Below, one piece after another: positions 57,173-64,000 of a DNA stretch of 64,000 nucleotides. Below the pieces are notes generated by a model. The model saw only the letters and a program-made list of their open reading frames with translations. It had not been told where the DNA came from and made no database searches. The DNA comes from Methanobacteriota archaeon (GTDB lineage Archaea; Thermoplasmatota; Thermoplasmata; SG8-5; JAGLSY01): assembly GCA_020697715.1 (NCBI GenBank), contig JAEHCO010000001.1, positions 746,149 through 810,148 on the forward strand. The letters run 5' to 3'. The position numbers were made by a program, and so were the translations under genes. Each line of letters begins with the position of its first letter. Position 1 is the stretch's first letter.

Positions 57173-59848
57173 ATGAGAAAAATGATAGAAATGAAAAAGA
57201 TATTGGCCATAGTGATCACGATTGCTATGGCAAGTGCTAGTTTAGTGATAGTTCTACCGAACAACACGGTAGTTGCTGAGGATTCTGCAAGGCCACTTGC
57301 TGGTCTGTCCGATGGATTGCCAGCAACAATGAATGTGGTGGATCAAAGAGATGAGGGCATAGGGTCATTCTTTACTGTAGATGATACTAACCAATTAGCC
57401 CAGAGGTTCACATGCGGTGTGGATGGAGACCTTACAAGTATAGACCTACACGTGTCTGGATCCTTTGATAATGGTGGCAACTTGTTTTATCAGATCCAGG
57501 ATGGTAGCGGTCCTTTACCTGGAACTCCACTCGATGTGGCTGAAATGATACCGATCAGTTTTCTAGGGGGAGGATGGAATAATCTTGCATTACCACCAAC
57601 AGATCTGTCTGAAGGTATGACATATGCTATTGTGATCTGGGCCTCCTCTACTAATTCGGTCGACATATCGATCGATACAGGAGCTCTATACGGTGGCTTG
57701 GGTTCCATGTCTATGAACGGTGGAGCATCCTTCAGTCCACTGGGAGGGCAGGATGTTACTTTCAGAACCTACATGGAGATCCCTTTCACTATGAGCAAGG
57801 TGGCATGGCATTCAAGTGGAGACTATGCTCTAGGTATAGCAAGTGGCACAGACCATGTTTACAAATATACACGAAATTCCATGGCCTGGGCCAGTGAGTA
57901 CGACCTTGCTAACGATATGATCTTCAATGATATAGAATACAGTGAGCATTTTGGTCTTTTCTACATCGTGGGAGATGATATTGGAAATTCATGGGCCAAA
58001 GCCTGGAGCTATTATGAGCCAACACAGAGCTTATTGGACCTTAATGCACCTCAACTTGCCTCAACAGACTTCAACTGCCTTTGTCTGGCAGATGAGGGTG
58101 GTACAACTGATTACGCCTTCTTGGCCTTCGGATTTGACTATGGTCAATGGTACGATGAGGGCAATGATATCTGGGTCGAAGTGACCGGAGGATTGAGCGC
58201 AGCTGTGGATGTGATGGATGTAACCTGGGACCATGGATATGGCTCTATATCATATTGGGCTGTTGGAGATAGTGCTGGTTCTGGATACTTGTATTATTTC
58301 ACCGGCGCGGGTGATACTGCAGCAGCACAATACAATCCTTCAGTATGGGGTGCAGTTGGATCATTCAGTGGTATTGAATGGCAGCCTGCTGGAGCCTCGG
58401 ATCATGCCGTGATAGTCGGTGAGAATTTAGGAGATGGAAATGTCTGGAGCTGGGATGGTACGACTGCAGAAGCTTTGTTAAACACCACTGATACCTATAC
58501 TGATGTTTCCTGGCACCCTGATGGAAGCATGGCCATGGCCGTTGGTTACACAGCATCAGATGATGGTGTGATCTACCACTATATTCCAGATAATGGCGCA
58601 ATGATCAAAATGAGCACAGATGGTGATCATGGAAAGCTATATGGTGTTGATGTCAAAGGCTGGACCAGTCCAAGCTCTGGATTGATAGTTGGATCCAGCG
58701 GAGCAGTTGGTTCTTACCTTTCAGCATCAGACGGAGATACGACATTGACCGTCAATGCCGCTTTCCCGCACATATACGATATCGACATGTGGAAAACCAG
58801 CGACGCTGGTGAGACATCCACACTTAACTCAAGAGTGGATGTTGAAGATACCTACACCTTCTACACCGAAGTGAACTACACGATAGGAGGTACAGATCAG
58901 TTTTTCGATGGTACCAATAACACCTTCGTGGACCTTACAGCGTGGTTCGATGATGGAAATGATGCAACAAGCATGACGCCATCAGCAAGTGACGATTCCC
59001 ACAGAACTAGGAAGTTCGTGGCCAGGCTTTACGAGACAACCAGCTTGGTCGCAAGCGGTGTTACAGGATCGGTCATCTATCCAGACACGACAACCAATGA
59101 AATCTTGTTTGATAGTGTCGGATGCAGCGGACCATACGGTGCTGATGACAGGTACGGTGTTTGGATCAATGTAACATTCGGAGCTCAGATGAGAGCTGGC
59201 GATGGCCAGAATTATGCAAATGGAGCTGCAGGTAGTATATTCGACAGCAACCAGGCATTCGATGATGATGACAGCTGGAACTTCCAGATGCAGATATTCG
59301 ATAATGACTTCCCTGGAGCGACGAACACCACATACGAGGAGTTCGGAATATTCATGGCCACTAACATCACAGTGTCCAATAATCCAAGTGTCAATGCTCC
59401 TCCAGGAAGTGTGAGCCAGGCATTTGATTCCAACAGTCTGATCACTTATTCGGCAAATATTCCATACCACGTGAATGTGTCAATTGAGAGATTGAACTTG
59501 ACAACCGATGATACCAAATTCATACCCGCCAGTAATGTCAATGCAAGTCTTGTCGACATGTACCCAGTTGGATTCGATCTTGAACCATACACTGAGATAA
59601 ATTCAACGTGGGGAGCTGCTGGAAGACCTTTCGCAGCACCCGGCGCAGAGCGTATGGTATGGGGCAATACAAGCCAGGCAACCGAGCTGGTACCAGCTCC
59701 AAACAATGGAACTGCTGCACATGGTCCTGTATACTCGAACTTTGACGGATATGGAGCCACGGAGGTCGCATGGTGGATAAGCGTGCCAGGAGCTACATCT
59801 GAAGGTATTTATCAGGCGTCGATAACCTTCAAGATCGGGTACTATTGA
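57173..59848 (+). CDS. Array protein A12: scaffold with ~155-aa N-proximal insert
   Basis: GLP[...AQRFTCG.DG.L...DVTFRTY]..MSKVAW; ends GIYQASITFKIGYY; exact start uncertain (several in-frame ATGs). Confidence 0.85.
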   Translation: MRKMIEMKKILAIVITIAMASASLVIVLPNNTVVAEDSARPLAGLSDGLPATMNVVDQRDEGIGSFFTVDDTNQLAQRFTCGVDGDLTSIDLHVSGSFDNGGNLFYQIQDGSGPLPGTPLDVAEMIPISFLGGGWNNLALPPTDLSEGMTYAIVIWASSTNSVDISIDTGALYGGLGSMSMNGGASFSPLGGQDVTFRTYMEIPFTMSKVAWHSSGDYALGIASGTDHVYKYTRNSMAWASEYDLANDMIFNDIEYSEHFGLFYIVGDDIGNSWAKAWSYYEPTQSLLDLNAPQLASTDFNCLCLADEGGTTDYAFLAFGFDYGQWYDEGNDIWVEVTGGLSAAVDVMDVTWDHGYGSISYWAVGDSAGSGYLYYFTGAGDTAAAQYNPSVWGAVGSFSGIEWQPAGASDHAVIVGENLGDGNVWSWDGTTAEALLNTTDTYTDVSWHPDGSMAMAVGYTASDDGVIYHYIPDNGAMIKMSTDGDHGKLYGVDVKGWTSPSSGLIVGSSGAVGSYLSASDGDTTLTVNAAFPHIYDIDMWKTSDAGETSTLNSRVDVEDTYTFYTEVNYTIGGTDQFFDGTNNTFVDLTAWFDDGNDATSMTPSASDDSHRTRKFVARLYETTSLVASGVTGSVIYPDTTTNEILFDSVGCSGPYGADDRYGVWINVTFGAQMRAGDGQNYANGAAGSIFDSNQAFDDDDSWNFQMQIFDNDFPGATNTTYEEFGIFMATNITVSNNPSVNAPPGSVSQAFDSNSLITYSANIPYHVNVSIERLNLTTDDTKFIPASNVNASLVDMYPVGFDLEPYTEINSTWGAAGRPFAAPGAERMVWGNTSQATELVPAPNNGTAAHGPVYSNFDGYGATEVAWWISVPGATSEGIYQASITFKIGYY
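58741..59845 (+). repeat. ~1.1-kb highly similar copy 1 (A12 3' region)
   Basis: Colinear with 61050-62154 (offset 2309); includes a 128-bp exact match 59465-59592 = 61774-61901. Confidence 0.85.
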
Positions 59849-59931
59849 ATGATATGAGATAAAATTCATGAAATCAAGAAAAAATGAAAAAATGAGGAAA
59901 GGAGGAAAAATGTAAAAAAGGAGATGAGAAA

Positions 59932-62157
59932 ATGAACAAAATAAACAAAATACTGGCCATGGCGGTAGTAATAGCCATGGCATGCGCTAGTATTATAATC
60001 GTGTCGCCGAACAATACGGTGATGGCAGAGGATTCAGCGAAGCCTTTAGCAGAGTTGAATGCGGGATATCCGGCAGGCATAGATAAAGTTGCCTGGCACT
60101 CGGATGGAAGCTTTGCACTTGGTATACAGAGTGGTACAGAACACATTTACAAGTACACAAGACAGACAATGAGCTGGGCCAGTGATTATAACCTTCCCGT
60201 TGGCGATACCTTCATTGATATCAAGTACAGTGAGTTCTTCGATATGTTCTATATTGTTGGAACGCAAAGTGGCCAGCAAGAAGCATGGAGCTATGATTAC
60301 AGCATCCAGAATTTGCTTGACCTGAACTCACCCAAGACAACCATGGGAGTCTATAATGGACTATGCCTGGCTGATGAAGGTGGAACACAACCCTATGCTT
60401 TCCTTGCAGTGGGCTATGCTGATACAAGCAAAGGATGTGCAGCATGGTTCGATGAAGCGGTTGATACTTGGACCGATGTGACCACTGGATTGACTTTGAA
60501 CCACGAACTTTATGATGTAACATGGGACCATGGCTTTACTGCAAATCCATATTGGATCGTCGGAGAGGATATGGGCACGGGGGCTGGAGTTATCTATTTC
60601 ATGAACAGTCCGGGTAATAACAAGGCCAACATCTTTGACACATCTGGCTGGGGTGTTACACCCGGTGCACTGAATGCCATTGACTGGAGGCCTTCAGGCG
60701 GAGCAGACCATGCTATAATGGCTGGAGGCAATTACGGTAACGGAAATGTCTGGCTTTTTGATGGTTTCAATGGAGAAGCTATACTCGATAACACAGATTC
60801 CTACACAGACGCATGCTGGCACCCTGATGGGGGCATGGCCATGGTTGTTGGCTACAATGTTGCTACTGATGGGATAATTCAGCATTATATCCCGGACAAC
60901 GAAGATACCCTCACGAAGATGAGCACAGATGGTGATTATGGACCATTCTATGGCGTTGATGTAAAAGCCTGGTCGAGTCCAAGTTCTGGTTTGATAGTCG
61001 GAGCTACTGGTGCAGTTGGATCATATCTCTCAGCATCTGATGGGAGCACGACATTGACAGTCAATGCCGCTTTCCCGCACATATACGATATAGACATGTG
61101 GAAGACCAGCGATGCTGGTGAAACCTCTACACTAAATGCACGTGTAGATGTTGAAGAGACTTACACCTTCTACACCGAGGTGAACTACACGATCGGTGGA
61201 ACAGATATGTTATTCGATGGTATCAATAACACCTTTGTGGACCTGACAGCGTGGTTCGATGATGGAAATGATGCTACAAGTATGACTCCATCAGCAAGTG
61301 ATGATTCGCACAGAACTAGAAAATTCGTGGCAAGATTCTACGAAACGACCAGTCTGGTTGCAAGTGGTGCAACCGGAGAGATAATATACCCAGATTCAAC
61401 AACCAATGAAATCTTGTTTGATAGTGTCGGATGCAGCGGACCATACGGTGCTGATGACAGGTACGGTGTTTGGATCAATGTCACCTTCGGCCCTCAGATG
61501 AGAGCTGGCGATGGCCAGAATTTTGCAAATGGAGCTGCAGGTAGTATATTCGACAGCAATCAGGCATTCGATGATGATGACAGCTGGAACTTCCAGATGG
61601 AGGTATATGATAATGATTATCCCGGAGCGACAAACACCACATACGAGGAGTTCGGAATATTCATGGCCACGAACATCACGGTGTCCAATAATCCAAGTGT
61701 CAATGCCCCTCCAGGAAGTGTGAGCCAGGCATTTGATTCCAACAGTTTGATCACGTATTCGGCCAATATTCCGTACCACGTGAATGTGTCAATTGAGAGA
61801 TTGAACTTGACAACCGATGATACCAAATTCATACCCGCCAGTAATGTCAATGCAAGTCTTGTCGACATGTACCCAGTTGGATTCGATCTTGAACCATACA
61901 CAGAAATAAATGCAACATGGGGAGCTGCTGGAAGACCATTTGCAGCAGCCAATACAGAGCGTATGGTATGGGGCAATACAAGCCAGGCAACCGAGCTGGT
62001 ACCAGCTCCGAACAATGGAACTGCCGCACATGGTCCTGTATACTCGAACTTTAACGGATATGGAGCAACTGAGGTCGCATGGTGGATCAATGTACCAGGA
62101 GCGACAGCTGAGGGAATATACCAGGCCACGATCACTTTCAAGATCGGGTACTATTAG
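59932..62157 (+). CDS. Array protein A13: insert-free scaffold (741 aa)
   Basis: AGYP-AGIDKVAW contiguous where A7 and A9-A12 have inserts; seven recognisable blades; ends GIYQATITFKIGYY. Confidence 0.87.
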   Translation: MNKINKILAMAVVIAMACASIIIVSPNNTVMAEDSAKPLAELNAGYPAGIDKVAWHSDGSFALGIQSGTEHIYKYTRQTMSWASDYNLPVGDTFIDIKYSEFFDMFYIVGTQSGQQEAWSYDYSIQNLLDLNSPKTTMGVYNGLCLADEGGTQPYAFLAVGYADTSKGCAAWFDEAVDTWTDVTTGLTLNHELYDVTWDHGFTANPYWIVGEDMGTGAGVIYFMNSPGNNKANIFDTSGWGVTPGALNAIDWRPSGGADHAIMAGGNYGNGNVWLFDGFNGEAILDNTDSYTDACWHPDGGMAMVVGYNVATDGIIQHYIPDNEDTLTKMSTDGDYGPFYGVDVKAWSSPSSGLIVGATGAVGSYLSASDGSTTLTVNAAFPHIYDIDMWKTSDAGETSTLNARVDVEETYTFYTEVNYTIGGTDMLFDGINNTFVDLTAWFDDGNDATSMTPSASDDSHRTRKFVARFYETTSLVASGATGEIIYPDSTTNEILFDSVGCSGPYGADDRYGVWINVTFGPQMRAGDGQNFANGAAGSIFDSNQAFDDDDSWNFQMEVYDNDYPGATNTTYEEFGIFMATNITVSNNPSVNAPPGSVSQAFDSNSLITYSANIPYHVNVSIERLNLTTDDTKFIPASNVNASLVDMYPVGFDLEPYTEINATWGAAGRPFAAANTERMVWGNTSQATELVPAPNNGTAAHGPVYSNFNGYGATEVAWWINVPGATAEGIYQATITFKIGYY
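61050..62154 (+). repeat. ~1.1-kb highly similar copy 2 (A13 3' region)
   Basis: Colinear with 58741-59845. Confidence 0.85.
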
Positions 62158-62200
62158 AAATGAGCTCCCCCAAAGCTAAATAACTGAAATGACCAAAAAT

Positions 62201-62253
62201 AGGGGGCGGTAGAGGATTCTCTCCTTTCCACTACCGTCCTCCCCTTTCCTTTT
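62201..62253 (+). terminator. Putative terminator at the end of the array
   Basis: GGGGCGGTAG...CTACCGTCCT stem (with G-U pairs) followed by CCCCTTTCCTTTT. Confidence 0.55.
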
Positions 62254-62378
62254 ATGTTCCTATTATTTTCATAATTAATAGATATATGATATAGATAATG
62301 ATGAATTCCTATAATCAATAATTAGGCACAAAGATTTATTAATGGGTAGGGGTTATAATCAACTATCAAGGTAATATT

Positions 62379-64000
62379 ATGGTACCACCCAAGAAAGAGG
62401 ATGAAAAAATCTGTGAAGCTCCAGTTGACTCTTGGATAGAGGAGCAGACATTCATCTCTACAGAAGATATAGAGATCCCAGAGAATATGGCTGATCAGGT
62501 CATAGGCCAAAAGGACGCGGTCTATGTCATCAAGAAAGCGGCAGAGCAGAGAAGACACGTCATGTTAATAGGGGAGCCTGGTACTGGAAAGTCCATGCTC
62601 GCACATTCTATGGTGGAATTCCTTCCAATGGGAGAGAATGAGGATCTGATAGCGTATGCCAATAAAGAGGATCCCAATGAACCATTGATAAAGGTGGTGC
62701 CAGCAGGTAAGGGCAAAGAGATAGTGAATGCCCAGAAAGCAGAGGTCACTCAACGCATGGAGCAGAAAGCACAGGCGATGATGACAATAATATTCCTTAT
62801 TGTTGGTTTTTCAATTGTCATGTTCGTGCTGGATGGTATGAACAATGGAGAATATAATCCAATGTGGATATTCTTCGGTATATTGGCTGCTGTTTTCATC
62901 TATATGGCCTCAAGATGGCCGGGCTCAAGACAGGAGCAGGCGAGTATTCCAAAGATGCTCCTAAGCCGTTCACCAGATGAGTCGCCATCTTTCATAGATG
63001 CAACTGGAGCACACGCGGGTGCTCTCCTTGGAGATGTGAAGCACGATCCTTTCCAGAGTGGTGGATTAGAGACTCCAGCTCATGATAGGGTGGAGGTTGG
63101 AGCAATTCACAAAGCCAATAAAGGTGTTCTATTCATAGATGAGATCAATATGCTGAAAATGGAGAGCCAGCAGAGCCTTCTGACAGCGCTTCAGGAAAAG
63201 GCTTTTTCCATTGTGGGACAGAGCGAGAGAAGCTCGGGTGCCATGGTCAAAAGCCAACCAGTTCCCTGTGATTTTATATTGGTTGCCGCGGGTAATCTTG
63301 ACTCCATATATGGAATGAGAGATGAGAATGGAGGCCTGAGAGGTGGAATGCATCCAGCTCTCAGATCAAGGATACGCGGTTATGGCTATGAAACTTACAT
63401 GAGGAACACGATGCCAGATTCGGATGAGAACAGAAAGAAGCTCATCAGGTTCGTGGCTCAGGAAGTTACCAAGGATAAGAAGATCCCTCATTTTACTAAA
63501 AAAGCAGTAGCGGAGATCATAAGAGAAGCTCAGAGACGAACTGGACGTCGTGGGCGTCTGACTCTCCGATTGAGAGAGCTCGGTGGACTGGTGCGTGTTG
63601 CTGGAGATATTGCAAAAGGAAAGAACAATCCACTTGTCACGGAGCTTGAAGTTGTGGAGGCAAAGAAAGTTGCTAGATCCCTTGAAAAACAGATAGTGGA
63701 AAGGATGATCGAGCATTCGATGGACTATCCAACAACATCGATAGTAGGTGGAGCTGTAGGTCTAGTAAATGGATTGGCCGTCATGCAAGGCGATGCTTCC
63801 ATGTCCGAAATGTCTGGAATTGTTCTACCCATAGCTGCAGAAGTAACTCCTGCCCAGGCGAAGTCCAATGGAAGGATAATCGCCACTGGAAAGCTTGGAG
63901 AGATGGCCAAAGAATCAGTCCAGAATGTGTCAGCTCTTTTCAAGAAGCTGACTGGAGAGGATATCAGTAATCATGATGTCCATGTTCAATTCATAGGGAG
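62379..64000 (+). CDS. lonB: Archaeal membrane-bound Lon protease, 3'-truncated (absent from ORF track)
   Basis: Manual translation MVPPKKEDE...DQVIGQ...[12 protein letters not shown], two TM helices, [51 protein letters not shown]. Confidence 0.95.
   Translation, partial: MVPPKKEDEKICEAPVDSWIEEQTFISTEDIEIPENMADQVIGQKDAVYVIKKAAEQRRHVMLIGEPGTGKSMLAHSMVEFLPMGENEDLIAYANKEDPNEPLIKVVPAGKGKEIVNAQKAEVTQRMEQKAQAMMTIIFLIVGFSIVMFVLDGMNNGEYNPMWIFFGILAAVFIYMASRWPGSRQEQASIPKMLLSRSPDESPSFIDATGAHAGALLGDVKHDPFQSGGLETPAHDRVEVGAIHKANKGVLFIDEINMLKMESQQSLLTALQEKAFSIVGQSERSSGAMVKSQPVPCDFILVAAGNLDSIYGMRDENGGLRGGMHPALRSRIRGYGYETYMRNTMPDSDENRKKLIRFVAQEVTKDKKIPHFTKKAVAEIIREAQRRTGRRGRLTLRLRELGGLVRVAGDIAKGKNNPLVTELEVVEAKKVARSLEKQIVERMIEHSMDYPTTSIVGGAVGLVNGLAVMQGDASMSEMSGIVLPIAAEVTPAQAKSNGRIIATGKLGEMAKESVQNVSALFKKLTGEDISNHDVHVQFIG

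Noticed and set aside
54102-62154. Near-identical 3' repeats as diversity-generating retroelement TR/VR pairs
   Set aside because: No reverse transcriptase in the window; both copies are coding; mismatches are not adenine-specific (g/a, t/c, a/t, c/t) and are largely synonymous in A12/A13
18417-62157. Shufflon, integron or silent-cassette antigenic variation locus
   Set aside because: No recombinase or integrase seen, no inverted members or attC-like sites; every gene is intact with its own signal peptide
18417-62157. Polymorphic toxin or Rhs array
   Set aside because: The C-termini are the conserved part, and there are no toxin domains or small immunity genes
18417-62157. Type IV pilin/archaellin, archaeosortase substrates or prophage tail genes
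   Set aside because: No class III signal peptides, no PGF/TM/basic C-terminal signal, and no capsid, terminase or integrase genes
657-63943. Numerous 60-240 aa antisense or alternate-frame ORFs in the track
   Set aside because: They lie within well-supported genes and show no motifs; repeated ones just mirror the paralogous sense-strand sequence
1-64000. CRISPR array, tRNA, rRNA or IS element
   Set aside because: No regularly spaced short repeats, cloverleaf, rRNA-like stretch or transposase seen; intergenic gaps are short (visual inspection only)

Overview
Archaeal chromosomal segment, most likely Thermoplasmata (inferred from archaeal rpl1-rpl10(P0)-rpl12, ATP-dependent DNA ligase, ABCE1/Rli1 and membrane-bound LonB). 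The first ~18 kb are mostly housekeeping and membrane genes: M50 peptidase tail, AMMECR1 protein, dihydroorotase, r-proteins with a candidate L1-binding leader, methyltransferase, ligase, FG-GAP protein, LemA/TPM, cation efflux, DUF368, ABCE1, ferritin-like protein and a secreted phospholipase D. From 18.4 to 62.2 kb lies a co-oriented tandem array of 13 paralogous secreted proteins (741-1795 aa), numbered A1-A13 here. All share one scaffold: Sec signal peptide, ~7-blade beta-propeller, a conserved ~200-aa middle domain and a ~140-aa C-terminal domain ending in G-x-Y-x-A-x-I-T-F-x-I-x-Y-Y. None has a membrane anchor. Different putative ligand-binding modules (Kelch, LamG, DUF2341, MAM-like, beta-helix plus GloVer repeats, DNRLRE, a ~150-aa jelly-roll-like module) are inserted into propeller loops, sometimes nested several levels deep. 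Two members are insert-free scaffolds, and the 3' ends show recent gene-conversion-like tracts. The C-terminal motif matches the spacing of the chaperone-usher pilin beta-zipper, suggesting a repertoire of interchangeable adhesin tips for an unidentified archaeal filament or surface anchor (inference). A 3'-truncated LonB gene missing from the ORF track ends the window. All domain calls are from motif recognition by eye; no searches were run.
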